Of a DNA stretch of 64,000 nt, positions 1 through 12,145 are shown piece after piece. The stretch's first letter is position 1. Each line of letters begins with the position of its first letter. The stretch comes from Carcharhinus amblyrhynchos (lineage: Eukaryota). Below the pieces are notes generated by a model. The model had not been told where the DNA came from, ran no database searches, and saw only the letters and a list, made by a program, of their open reading frames with translations. A program made the translations under genes and the position numbers. The stretch lies in contig OZ336872.1 in assembly GCA_965287045.1 (NCBI GenBank), positions 32,550,001 through 32,614,000 of the forward strand, given 5' to 3'.

Positions 1-136
1 TTGTCAGTTACATTCTCAGGTGTTGAATACTTCGAAAGGATTGAAATTAGCTATCATCACAGCAAATAGCTGTAAGAGGGCCACTTCATTTTGATCAGAA
101 AATAAACCAAAGTTTTCTTAACACTTTCAATACAGT

Positions 137-271
137 GGCCAGGATTCTTCAATGACATACGTCCTACCCCAATGCAAGTGAGAACAGAGAAATTGGCACT
201 CAGCCAAATCTCCATTCACTGCAGTGGGACTGGAGAATCCCAGCCATGGGCGCAGTCAGAAAATTCCAGCC
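137..271. mobile_element. Short MITE (family A), probably PIF/Harbinger-derived
   Basis: Imperfect TIRs ggccaggattctt...aaaattccagcc; the internal gagaaattggc...gccaaatctccattcactgcag is shared with copies at 33862 and 44272. Confidence 0.6.
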
Positions 272-999
272 ATTATACCCTTGTGGCTTTGAAGGTATCT
301 GTACACTCCAAGATATGTTGGCAATTTTTAACACTTCTATTTTTAACATAGTCTTAGAGAAATATAACAGATATTAGGTAGGATCTCCAGGTAAATAAGT
401 TCTTTTTAGCTTTCATTAACAATCACATTTCTGAGATAGATTTGAACGACCATGGTTTGGTGGGTCAGCATGCAAAGTACCAAACAGCCCATCATTCATT
501 CAGTATGCATTAGTATCAAACTGGCAAGGGAGGAAAAATGGTGAGCCTGAGAAAAGTTAAGACTCCTACAGCAAAAGCAAGTTATTCTGCATCTGCCCAT
601 GTTACACTTGAATCAAGATTGATTTATCTTGACACTGCTGACCCAACTGTAATTTCTGAAATATATTCAGAACTCTACAATCCATCATGTGACAACTCCA
701 GGCACATCTGTAGCAGAGGTCCTCATGACAGATGTGCTGCAAGGCATATCTTCTTCCATCAATGCTCAAATTGCTGTTCTGAAAACCTGGGGTAATGTAC
801 TTGAAGCATTGGATTGGCTAGGAAGGGTAGGCCTTGGGTGGAAGTTTTTCTATTTTTTGGGCAAGGTGTTAACTCGGGCGGGACAAGTGGAGAGTAACTC
901 TCCAGCTGCGCTACTTCTTTTTACCACCATATTTTTCAGAAGCTGTGAGAAAAAAAAACTGGAAAGGACAAGATCCACAATGTCATGCTGGTAGGTGGG

Positions 1000-1600
1000 C
1001 TATAACTGAATCCACCTGTCAGCAACTTGGGTTTGTAAACAATCAGGGTGACCCCAATGTAAATGAATAAAAAGTGAAACATTCGCCACCATGCAATTGC
1101 CCCCATCCTTCCAGAACTTCCCAATCTACCCATGGTACTTGACATCACATTCAAATCCTCCTGGCATTTTCCCCATAGAAGTCTGTTTCCCAGCACCACA
1201 ATGGAACTCCACACAATAACGCTTGGTAATGCCCAGGTACTGCCAGGGTACCCCCCACGCATGACCCTCTCTCCCCCCGGGGCTTTATTCACTTCTGTGC
1301 CTCTGGCAGGCTCTGCTCATCAGGCGCACATTGTGGGAGACCTCACTGATTCGCTGGGTATGCCCACAAGCCACATGAATTCTCAATTTAACATGAGGGA
1401 GAATCAAACATAAATGTCAGACAATGACATCTAAATGGCGATCCCAATTTTTAAAGTTAGGATTCCCGTTAAGTCATTGGAGTGAGTGGGGTCAATCATA
1501 ATGTGAAATTTCACCAGCATAAGAGCCATTTTGGGACTCCTGTTTAATTCTCTCTGCCCCCTCTGTTGTTCTGCCCCCAGAAACAAGAATGGAAAATTTA
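1000..1600 (-). mobile_element. Degenerate non-autonomous DNA-transposon-like repeat
   Basis: The reverse complement of ~1370-1500 matches 19030-19140 (gggaatc-taac-tt-aaa...ggatc-ccattta...ttaaattg---attcatgt); boundaries approximate. Confidence 0.45.
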
Positions 1601-2199
1601 GCTATGCAAAAGCAAAGATCATTGTAATTCAGCATAAAGGACTGAAATCAACAGCAATAGAAAGTAAGAAAGATGTGTGACAATATTGTGCCTTTAAGAA
1701 ATATATATTAATCATGTTTCCGTGCAGGATGTTTTAGCAGTCGTTCAGATTTTGTCAGCACTATGTTGTCTGCAGCCGGTGTCCTTTATTGGTATTGAAG
1801 CTGTATAATTGACATCGCATTGGTTTTAATCTGAACTAATGCAGTGTTCTGTTGTTTCGTGTTCCCCTGGAGTGGCAGAGTTGAGCTTGATTGGGGGTAA
1901 TTGACAAGTCAGGTCATGTGGCTAGCGAAAGCTACTTTCACAGAGCATTCCAGTTTTAGTTTTGATTTTCAGAAGCTGCTTGAAGCTGAGAGAAACAGCA
2001 GCACTTTTCCTGCTTTCTGGAGTTGGAAATTGTTGTCTGACTGGCTGGTTTTGGAAGCTGCCAGAGACTGAGTTTACCTCCCTGGGATTTTGCTGTTTGG
2101 AGGATATATCCTTCTCTAAAGACTGCTGTCCTGAAGTGTTAAAATGCTGGAAATCCAGCAGAGCACAAATGATAATGATGACAATGTTAGCAGTTCTTT

Positions 2200-2780
2200 A
2201 GTACCATGCCTGTAGCCAGAGGGGGTTAGAAAATCCATCTGCCATTTCTTCTCTTACTTTTCTTAGCAGCCTGAGGTATATTTCAGAGTAATGTCAGCAT
2301 AATATCTCTTATGAAAAGATATATGTAAAGTACTCATTAAGAACCAGGCCCATTTCTTCCACCTCGACAGAAAGGTTATCTTCTTAGTCTGTATTCAGTC
2401 CTATTATTTCCTTTGTTAACTTTGTGCTCTTTGTGCAAATAAAACATATTCAGGTTTTCATTGATTTTAGTTGCCAATATTTGTTCTAGCCTTCTCTTTG
2501 CTTTCCTAATTTCCTTTTAAATTTTGCGCTCGCACTTTCCAAACTGTGCTCCTCTGGGTTGTCTGCAGTATTGAGCTCTTGGTCTCTGTCAGAAGCTTTC
2601 TTTTGTTGCTTTACTTACTAGATATGCTCTCTGTTATTGGGGGAGTCTGTATTTGGGATTCCCACTACTTTCCCTATGGGAACATATTTGTTCTGAGCTT
2701 TCATTATGACATCCATGAGTACCTCCAAATCACTCTGACAGCGATTTAATTTCATGTAACTGTTCCCAGTCCATTGTTGC
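2200..2780 (-). mobile_element. Old degenerate CR1 LINE fragment
   Basis: Pyrimidine-rich sequence resembling the antisense of CR1 ORF2 upstream of the RT domain; similar to 59050-59750. Confidence 0.4.
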
Positions 2781-3006
2781 AAAATCAAACTGTAGCAGTC
2801 CTTCTATTTCCTTGGTGCTGTGGAGACTTCCATAGTCAGGCTTCTTTATAAATGAAATTGTAATAAACAATCACAAGCTTTGAGACTCCAGACATGGTTT
2901 CGTGTAGGACGATCCCAGATTAATCTAGATATCAAAACCATATTCTTAACAGCTATTGGTTTGTTCAGTTGTTTGTTTGAAACATAGGTATTTCTAATTA
3001 TACCAG

Positions 3007-3815
3007 TGTTATGATCTAAGATGAAACTAATACTGGAGAAGTCAGATCGAAGAGTGAAACTTGGCCTATTTTTTTAAACTATGTGAATGTAAGTTACTGA
3101 ACAAATTCACAAGAGTCTGCTAATGAACTTCCAATAAAAATCATAAAATATTTATTAAACCGAGAAAACTGAGCTATATTACACCAGGCAAAACGGATGG
3201 AACAAGGACAAGATGATGCAAATTCCTGCGATTGCTTTACCCGTCTTTACAGGCACATAAATCAGTGAAGATTTGCCACAAGCTTAGCACAAAGGCTTCT
3301 CGTTTGAGACTGGGTTCAGTTGCAAATGGGTTTCTTCTGGTGAATTCCTGAGCACTCACTTGAAGCTTCTCAACCAGTTTGCATCTCCCGCACCTCTGCT
3401 AAACTGATCACTTTTCTGAGCCCTGAAACAAATTAGTCAGTTAACTGCTGTCCCATTAGCATTGTAGTTTTTCTTCTCAGAGAACGAAAAATCTCCATCA
3501 GCTCTCTTTATCTCTCTGCCACTGGATTACTGTTGCCAAACAACAGTAAAGCATTTCTACTTTGTGTTTTGTTTCCAAAATCACCAAACTTTTAACACCT
3601 TTTGAATCATCCCTTTAACCTCATGGTTTGTAAACTTTCATTAAAATTGATATATATATATATAAATAAAACATAAAACCTTTTAGTCACAATCCAGATG
3701 CCCAGTTGCCAAGATTCGCAAACAAAACCTAAATGAAGCTGAAATCACTTCAATCTTTCATAATCCACAAATATATATCTATAAATTCAACTTAAAATTA
3801 TACATTGTCATAACA
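3007..3815 (-). mobile_element. Probable solo LTR (Gypsy-type)
   Basis: Ends TGTTATGA...TCATAACA (8-bp terminal inverted repeat, TG...CA); flanked by ccag/ctag (4-bp TSD with 1 mismatch); tttatt at 3151 is AATAAA on the minus strand. Confidence 0.6.
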
Positions 3816-3937
3816 CTAGGTCCCACTTTATGCATGGAATACCACTCGGGTATCATGAATCATTGCCACAAAGCATTATCTAGATCTTCCAGGCCCAAAT
3901 CCAAGTCCTATCTTGCTGGATCAAGGACACAAACGAT

Positions 3938-4141
3938 ATGACGTGGAAATGCCAGCGCTGAACTGGGATGGACACAGTAAGAAATCTCACAACACCATGT
4001 TAAAGTCCAACAGATTTACTCAAGATCACAAGCCTTCTGAGCACTGCTCCTTCATCAGGTGAGTTATCTGAGGGAGGAGCAGAGTTCGAAAGTTCATGGT
4101 TCCTGTTCAACTTTAACCTGGTGTTGTGAGACTTCTTACTG
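3938..4141. mobile_element. Penelope-like pseudo-LTR fold-back insertion with decayed hammerhead motifs (older copy)
   Basis: Inverted arms agtaagaaatctcacaacacc...ggtgttgtgagacttcttact; the minus strand reads ctcac CTGATGA a ggagc agt gctca GAAG gc tt gtga; homologous to 36824 and 60101. Confidence 0.75.
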
Positions 4142-4150
4142 AAATGATGG

Positions 4151-5971
4151 ATGACGAATGTTGGACCCTTGGAGGATGAGAGGGGGGATTTAGCGGTGGG
4201 AGATGAAGAAATGGCTGAGGCTTTAAATAAGTTTTTTGCCTTTGTCTTCACGGAGGAGGACACGAATAGTTTGCCGGATCTTAAAGATAGAAGATGGTAG
4301 GAGTTGAGGGCCTGAATGTGATCACTGTCACTAGAGATGTAGTGCTTGATAGACTAATGGGACTGAAGGTGGACTAGTCCCCAGGACCGGATGGAATGCA
4401 TCCCAGGCTTCTGAAAGAAATGGCAGAGGTGATAGTGGATGCCTTAGTAATTATTTACCAAAATTCGCTGGATTCCGGGGAAGTGCTGGAAGATTGGAAA
4501 ACGGCTAATGTTACGCCGCTGTTTAAAAAAGGTAGCAGACAAAAGGCAGGGAATGATAGGCCAGTTAGTTTAACGTCTGTAGTTGGAAAAATGCTAGAAT
4601 CCGTCATCAAAGAAGAAATAGTGAGGCAACTAGAAAAGAATGGTTTGATCAAGCAGACGCAGCACGGATTCGTTAAGGGGAAGTCGTGTTTGACGAATTT
4701 ATTGGATTTCTATGAGGATGTGACTAGCGCGGTAGACAGAGGGGAACAGGTGGATGTGGTGTTTTTAGATTTCCAAAAGGCGTTTGATAAGGTGCCTCAT
4801 AAAAGGTTGCTACAGAAGGTTAGGGTACACGGAGTTGGGGGTAAGGTGTTAGTGTGGATAGAGGATTGGCTGTCTAATAGGAGGCAGAGAGTTGGTATCA
4901 ATAGGTGCTATTCTAATTGGCGGTTGGTGACCAGTGGAGTGCTGCAGGGATCGGTGCTGGGGCCTCAGCTATTTACCATTTATATAGATGATCTGGAGGA
5001 GGGGGCTGAGTGTAGGGTGACGAAATTTGCTGATGACATGAAGATGAGTGAAAAAGCAAACTGCGTGGAGGGTGTGGAAAGTCTGCAGAGGGATCTGGAT
5101 AGGCCGAGCGAGTGGGCAAGGACCTGGCAGATGGAGTATAATGTTAGCAAGTGTGAGGTTATCCACTTTGGCAGAAATAATAGTAGGAGGGATTATTATT
5201 TAAAAAGCGAAAAGCTGCAGCATGCTACGGTGCAGAGGGACCTGGAGGTCCTTGTGCACGAGTTGCAAAAACCCAGTCTGCAGGTGCAGCAGGTGATCAA
5301 GAAGGCGAATGAAACGTTGGCCTTTATAGTGAGGGGGTTAGAATATAAAAGTAGGGAGGTCTTGCTGCAACTGTACAGGGCACTGGTGAGGCCGCAGCTG
5401 GAGTACTGTGTGCAGTTTTGGTCGCCGCACTTGCAGAAGGATATATTGGCCTTGGAGGGAGTGCAGAGGAGGTTCACCAGGCTGATACCAGCGATGAGCG
5501 GGTTGGACTATGAAGAGAGACTAAATAGACTGGGTCCGTACTCGTTGGAGTTTAGAAGGATGAGGGGGGATCTTATAGAGACATATAAGATAATGAAGGG
5601 GATGGATAGGATAGAGGTAGAGAGATTCTTCCTGCTTAGAAAGGATAGCAGGACTCGAGGGCACAGCCTCAAGATAAGGAGGAGGGGGCGCAGTTTAGAT
5701 CGGAGTTGAGGAGGAACTTCTTCACTCAAAGGGTGGTGAATCTCTGGAATTCTCTGCCCATTGAAGTGGTGAAGGCTACCTCGCTAAATATATTTAAGTC
5801 ATGGGTAGATAGGTTTTTGATAGACAAGGGAATGAAGGGTTATGGGGAGAGAGCAGGAAAGTGGAACTGATCCACTTCAGATCAGCCATGACCTTATTGA
5901 ATGGCGGGGCAGGCTCAAAGGGCTAGATGGCCTACTCCTGCTCTTATTTCTTATATTCTTATGTTCTTATG
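4151..5971 (+). mobile_element. CR1 LINE, 5'-truncated, relatively young
   Basis: Starts in ORF2 (NVGPLEDERGDLAVGDEEMAEALNKFFAFVFT), runs through the RT domain to the 3' tail ggcctactcctgctc and (ttcttat)n repeats. Confidence 0.95.
4396..5709 (+). pseudogene. CR1 ORF2 reverse transcriptase fragment (437 aa open stretch)
   Basis: RT motifs DWKTANVTPLFKKG, RPVSLTS, QHGF, FLDFQKAFDKVPH, SGVLQGSVLGP, KFADD; disrupted upstream (stop/frameshift) and frameshifted near 5680. Confidence 0.92.
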
Positions 5972-6739
5972 ACCTCAAAATGGAAATTTCAAGGCAGCAT
6001 CCAGCCAAGTAAATATTTACTTGCACAATGTGGTGCAACTGGTCACAAACAAGTGTAGAGCATTTTACGATGACAAAGGTTATAAAATTCAATAATGTCC
6101 CACATAAGGCTGCATGGCTGCAGTTTATGCTATCTGGAAATTCTGCCACTCTGTAAAATTGTTCTTTAACACTGTCACTGGTTGTTAATGGGGAATGAGA
6201 TTACATTGCTCAGACACAATGCTCAATTCAGATGCACATAACTGAGTGCCAGACGTTATTGATATCCCTAGTGGCAAAGTGAAATGATTGCAGCATTAAC
6301 GTTAAAGGAGGTTGTGATCTAAACAGCCACTGGCAGTCTTGTGCTTTTAATGGGGTTGAGCTCTAAGTCCAATTATAGCATGCAGCATAACTCAGCAATC
6401 AGGCTTGTGGCAAACTGAAACCTCTACCAGCACTGCTCTCCAGACAATTATACATGTATTGTAGTGTTGGGGCAGTATTGGGTGGGTGCTAAGGGTCTCC
6501 AGTAGTCTGTCCAGGCTTCCTGACAGACCCTCCAGTGTGTTCTTCTTCCAAAAGGCAATGATACAGAGGAATTGCAAAAGAGTACCTACAGTGCCCTGCC
6601 TGAGAAATCTTTGCTTCCCTCTTCTTAAAATACACAAAACCAGTGACAGAATATATAAAGTCAACAGTATTATTATATTGAAGATACATGAACATGTATT
6701 TTAACTTAAAATTTATAAGTGTAACTAATAACTGTAACT

Positions 6740-7084
6740 GGGTGGCACGGTAGCACAGTGATTAGCACTGCTGCTTCACAGCTCCAGGGTCCTGGGTTCG
6801 ATTCCTGGCTCAGTCACTGTCTGTGTGGAGTTTGCATGTTCTCCTCATGTCTGCATGGGTTTCCTCTGGGTACTCCAGTTTCCTCCCACAGTCCAAAGAT
6901 GTGCGGGTTAGGTTGATTGGCCATGCTAAGAAATTGCCCCTTAGTGTCCAGGGATGTGTAGGTTAGAGGGATTAGTGGGTATAGTATGTAGGAATATGGG
7001 GGTAGGGCCTGGGTGGGATTGTGTTCGGTGCAGACTCAATGGGCCAAAGGGCCTCTTTCTGCACTGTAGGGTTCTATGATTCTA
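6740..7084 (+). mobile_element. HE1-type V-SINE, full length
   Basis: tRNA-derived head (ggcacggtagcacagtgattagc A box; ggttcgattcc B box), V-domain (ggtttcctc...cccacagtccaaagatgtg), CR1-like tail ending gttctatgattcta. Confidence 0.92.
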
Positions 7085-7453
7085 ATAGAAAATATTAGCA
7101 ACAAGTGAAGAGGGCACTCAATAGAACATATCCTGCTGTCATACTGTTTTAATTCAGTATTATTACAGTTACACAGCTCTTTGAGAAATCTTTTTATTTT
7201 GAGCTTCTATATTACTGACTTCCAACAACCTGTTCTGAAAACTCTGCTCATATTTTGACAGCTGTGACAAATTCCACCACAGCAGCTGAAACAATCCATG
7301 ACAGCCCAAAACAATCAAAAACATTCTAAATTTTAAAAAACTACAATATTCTAAAAAAAACTCGATTTTCTCTCTCTTCTAATGTTATCAGTTCCTTGAA
7401 AAAATTCCAGGATTCACAGCTGCATTTTCAACAAAATGGCAAGGTAGCACAGT

Positions 7454-7796
7454 GGCATCGGCATGGTGGCACAGTGGTTAGCACTGTTGCCCCACAGCAC
7501 CAGGGTTCCAGGTTCGATTCCTGGCTTGGGTCACTATCTATGTGGAGTTTTCACATTCTTCCAGTGTCTGCATGAGTTTCCTCTGGGTTCTCCGGTTTCC
7601 TTCACAGTCCAAAGATGTGCAGGCTAGGTTGATGGGCCATACTAAATTGCTCTTTAGTGTTAGGGAATGGAAGGGAGATTAGTAGGGTAAACATGTGATG
7701 TTATGGGGATAGGGTCTAGTAGGATTGTTGTTGGTGTAGACTTGATGAGTCAAATGGCCTCCTTCTGCACTGTAGGTATTTAATGGATTCTATGAT
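7454..7796 (+). mobile_element. HE1-type V-SINE
   Basis: Same head, V-domain and tail as 6740. Confidence 0.9.
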
Positions 7797-9636
7797 TAGC
7801 TCTTTCTTTGGTCACATCCTATCTGTGTACCAAGTTTTGTTAAAACCTTCCATTTGTTTCTGAGATATATTGTTTACAGACTAACAGGAGTGAAGACATT
7901 ACCTCCACCAACCTGAAGTGGAGGAGATGATGTTGTGTTTCAGCACATCCACTCAACATGTACTAATGATGTATTTTGTTCAAGTTTGAAAATACATGCA
8001 ATTTTCATGTGCAGACTTCTCTTTGTCTTGTACGCTATTATTTGTCACTAGTTTGCCAATCAGAACTCAATATTCTGCTTACACAGCTTTCATGTCCAAA
8101 TGAGCAAGTCACTACGGAGACATAGAAAACAGGTAGGATGCCTGTTTTTTAAAAAGGCAAACGTTACCAGAAAGTTAAATATAAAGTAAAATTAACATTA
8201 AAATTGTGGAGAGATTAGCGAATTCAGATAGAATACAAAAAAATTAAGAAATGATTTGAAAAGAAGTACTAGAAATGCATTATTTAGAATGTGTTAAAAT
8301 CTATTCCTTAACACCACGAGAACAGTAGTACTATCACTGTATTATTGGGAAAATGTTTAGCCTCAAAGCACTTGAGCTGAAATCTTTGAAAGGTCCAGGG
8401 AGTACAGAAATCCTTGGAGTTGCAGCTAGTCTAAAGGTTAAGAATTCTTCACTTTGTAACAACAAAAGGCATTTGGGACAGAGTTACAGACTGTAACACC
8501 ATCTTGGGGCACATCATATTACCAGTCATTGCTCCCTCAAGCAATAATGAAGGTTCTTTTAAAAACTCAATTACATCAGCATCTTGTAACTCCCTCGTGC
8601 CTATTAAATATTCTCCACCTGAGGCATTTGTGCATCCAGAAAAAAGTAAGTTTAATTGCTGTCTTCTTTTGTTTTGGGTCAGAAATGCTGTGCTGAAAGG
8701 TTTAAAGCATGAAAAAGTATCTGAAGATCACCAGAGCTGTCATCAAATCTTCAGCTACTACCCAATCTGTGATCTAATCTGCATATATAAGAGGCCAGGT
8801 CTCTTGAGAAATCTCTCATCCTTAAACACTTCAGATAGGTGCATGTTAGTTTACAGCAAACGTGATATTTCATTACAGGTTCAATTTTGATACATCTCAT
8901 GTATACTGTGACTGATGAGTCTTTTTGCCAGAATTTATCTTTACAAATGAACAATATGAGTGAAATGGAGCATAGTATTTATAACCTTTGCCACTGTTCA
9001 ATTGCTCAGGCTGCTATTGGACACTTCTTGGTTTTAAAGTAGATGACTAAATTAGAGAAACCACTTAGTCAATGAATATCACTGAGATATATTAACCATT
9101 GCTGCATTAGACAGATCCAAGCAGAATAATAATTTTAGATCCTTCATTATGTCTACGAAACACCAATGTCTCCTGTCAATTAAAATTTCAACACAAATTT
9201 ACTACTTTAAAGAAACAATCAAGAAATGCAGAAAAAGGCCATGGTGAAGTGAGAATGTAGTCTTGTGAGCTCCACAATAACCAGATTTTGGCTATTTCTG
9301 CCATTCAGAAAGGCTCTGAGTTCAATTTTAAAGGAGTTGTGACATTCTGATAAATATACCACTTGATTTTGTTTTTCATTTCTGCACCTTGGACTGTGTT
9401 TATACAGAACAATTCCTAATTTCAAACCATGGAAAATTAATGCTGTCTAATTCAATCTACCCTTTTAAAATTGTGTTTAGATCAGACAGCCACCATCTGT
9501 AATAGCAACAATTCTGGTTGCCGTAGTTACTGAAGTCCACCGTAATTACATAGCAAGGTAGATTCCAGAGCAGCAGCTGGTATACTTAGAAATACAGAGA
9601 ATTTACAATGCAGAAACTATCCAGTTGGCCAAACCC

Positions 9637-9713
9637 ATGGTTAGGTGAAGAGGGGTTAGGAAGAAGCTCATTCTCCATATCAGCTTCTTCCTAACCCCTC
9701 TTCACCTAACCAT
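9637..9713. repeat. Perfect 32-bp inverted repeat with a 13-nt loop
   Basis: atggttaggtgaagaggggttaggaagaagct (9637-9668) and its exact reverse complement at 9682-9713. Confidence 0.97.
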
Positions 9714-9825
9714 ATCTGCATATCCTTTTATTCCTTCCTTCTTTGCGTGTTTATCTAGCTTCCCCTTAAATACATCCGTTTTATTTACTTTTAATATTTG
9801 TTTACTTGTTTATTGTCACAAGTAG

Positions 9826-10092
9826 GCTTACATTAACACTGCAAAGAAGTTACTGTGGAAAATCCCCTCATCACCATACTTCAGCGCCTGTTTGTGTACA
9901 CTTAGGAAGAATTTAGCACAGTCAATGCACCATAGCAGCACATCTTCAGGACCATGGGAGGAAACCAGACCACTCGGTGGAAACCCATGCAGACATAGGG
10001 AGAACGTGCAGACAGTGACCCAAGCCAGGAATCAAACCAGGATCCCTGGCACTGAGAGGCAGCAGTGCTAACCACTGTGTCACTGTGTTGCC
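9826..10092 (-). mobile_element. V-SINE with an alternative (Rex1-like) 3' tail
   Basis: Antisense HE1-like head and V-domain (gtgacccaagccaggaatcaaacc...gcagtgctaaccactgtg), but the tail ends cttgtgacaataaa. Confidence 0.8.
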
Positions 10093-10509
10093 ATTTACTA
10101 TATTCCTTGTGGAAGAGAGTTCCACATTCTAACAGTTCTATGAATAAAGAGATTTCTCCTGAATTCCTTAGTGGATTAATTGCTGATCATTATAAATTGG
10201 TGGCTCCTGGTATTGGTCACGCCACAAGTGGAAACATCTTCCATGTCTACTTGGTCAAATCCCTTTATAATTTACAAAATCATTACTAGATCATTGAGAC
10301 AAAAAGGCCCCAGCCTGATTTTTCCACACAAACAAGTTTATCTGTATGGTGCTGTTTACAAGTTGCAGTTTTTTTGCAGCGTTTGTTTTCTGGAGGAAGA
10401 TCTTCCAGATTAGATTGAGGTGGGCTTGTTTCTACAGACCAGACTGTATTATTAGCTTGCCGACAAAACAAGGTCAGAAAATTGAACACGTTCAGCAAAA
10501 TTAAATCTA

Positions 10510-11395
10510 TGTCTTACTCTAGTTTTTGAAAAGGAGAGAGACCGGGAAATGTTGGTATTAAGTGTTATGTGGTGGCCTTGCATAGCAAATCATTAAGAGT
10601 TAACATGCAGTTATAACAAGCAATTAGGAAATAAGATGGAACATAAGCCCTTATTACAAAGAGATTTGAGTAACAGGGTGGAAAAGTCTTACTCTAATTA
10701 GATAGTGTCTTGGCAAGACCACACTTGAAGTGCTGTGCACAGATTTGATTTCCTTACATAAAATAGGATGAACTTGCCTTGGAGAGGAGTACAGCAAAAG
10801 TTCCCCTTCTGGGACAGGGGATTGAATAACTTATGAGATAAAAGCAAATTGCTGTGGATGCTGGAATCTGAAACAAAAACAGAAAATGCTGGAAAATCTC
10901 AGCATTGATGGGGAGAAAATAGAGCCAATGTTTCAAGACTGAATGACCCCTCATCAGAGCTCTAATAACGTATGAGGAGAAATTGAGTAGACGAGATGTA
11001 TATTTTAAGGGAAAAAAGAGGTGATCTCATTGAAACAAATGCAACTCTTGAATGGTTTGAAAGGGTCGCTGCTGAGAGAATGTACCTCCTGGTTTAGGAG
11101 TCTAGACCGAGAGATCACAGTCTCAGAATAAGAGGTTGACAATTTGTGATTAAAATTGGGAGAAATTTATTCACGCAAAGTGTTGTGAATGCTTCAAATT
11201 CACTGTCTCAGAGGTTTGTGCATATTCAGTCAGCGAGAATACTTAAAACAGAAACTGGTAGATTTTTGAATGCTTGTAATCAAGGATTATGAGGATAGGT
11301 GGAAAAGTGCAACTGAGATAGAAGATCAACCATTATTTCTGAAATGACAGAGTGAGTGGAATAGGCTACACCTGCTTCTATTTCTTATGTTCCTA
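10510..11395 (+). mobile_element. Old CR1 3' fragment
   Basis: Degenerate homology to 5230-5965, including the tail ctacacctgcttctatttcttatgttc. Confidence 0.8.
10838..10963 (-). mobile_element. Penelope-like terminal repeat, family 2, with a decayed hammerhead motif
   Basis: Inserted in a CR1 with TSD aataac(t/g)tatgag (10825-10837 / 10964-10976); the minus strand reads agagct CTGATGA ggggtc attca gtctt GAAA c a tt ggctct. Confidence 0.75.
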
Positions 11396-11754
11396 TTAAC
11401 GTATGGGACAAAAGCCTTTTACTGATGTTGATCTTTTCTACCTCTTTCTCTCCCCCTCCCCCAGCATTGTGTCATTCACTGGAGCAGCCAGTTGTTCTGG
11501 GCAACAACCTTCTGTTTTAATTCTTTCCCTCCAATACTCCTGCCTTCTTACTACATGGCAGGGAACCAGAATAAATGGGTTAATTCTACTCAAGGCAAGC
11601 TATAAGCATGGTGTGCTGAATGGCCGCCTTCCACCATGTACCTGCTACTGCAGGCAGCAAGAAAAACATGCCCTAGCACTGATGATATTAGTAAAAGCAC
11701 AGGTGCCTCAAGGAACCACTATCGGCAGCAATGTGGTTAGACACTATGCATGTA

Positions 11755-11965
11755 GTTTCAACACATGAACCGCAGGATTTCAAGAAGACAGTTCACCACC
11801 TCCTTCTCAAAGACAATAAGATTTGATTTTATACAATGAAAAATATTGTTTTTGCGTACCATTGAGTACACAGGGGAGAAGGAAAGAGAGAGTGCAAACG
11901 GTAAGGAATGAGCAATAAATGCTGATCTACTTAGCGATGTCCACATACGTGAATGAATAATTATT
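11755..11965 (+). mobile_element. 3' end of the CR1/L2-group LINE, interrupted by a short antisense Rex1 tail (~11818-11900)
   Basis: ttcaagaagacagttcaccacc...gcaataaatgctg...ccacat-cgtgaatgaat matches the reverse complement of 19490-19590; the insert resembles the antisense of 38895-39008. Confidence 0.6.
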
Positions 11966-12145
11966 TTTTAATGTAGAAAAGATAACTGTTTGGAGGAATG
12001 AGAGAAATTCTTTTTGATTTTCACTTGAGTAAAAAGAATCTCAAGCTCAAAATTAAAAGTTGTCATTTTGTTTGTAACACCTCACGAAGCTTTCCCCATC
12101 TAGATGTGATATCTTGAATGCCCTTGGTCTCAGTTAGACATTAGA

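Larger units (their letters stand above)
9590..10290 (-). mobile_element. Old CR1 3'-end fragment interrupted by a SINE
   Basis: Antisense CR1 tail (agaatttacaatgcagaaac...tatctagcttccccttaaa), resuming after 10093 (agagttccacattctaac); similar to 33415-33630. Confidence 0.55.

Noticed and set aside
4396-5709. 437-aa ORF as a host gene or active retrotransposon
   Set aside because: It is a 5'-truncated CR1 ORF2 with no endonuclease domain and disruptions at both ends
6740-6812. tRNA-like A/B boxes as tRNA genes (also 7454, 21345, 26822, 31204, 41239)
   Set aside because: Each continues into a SINE body and tail; no complete cloverleaf
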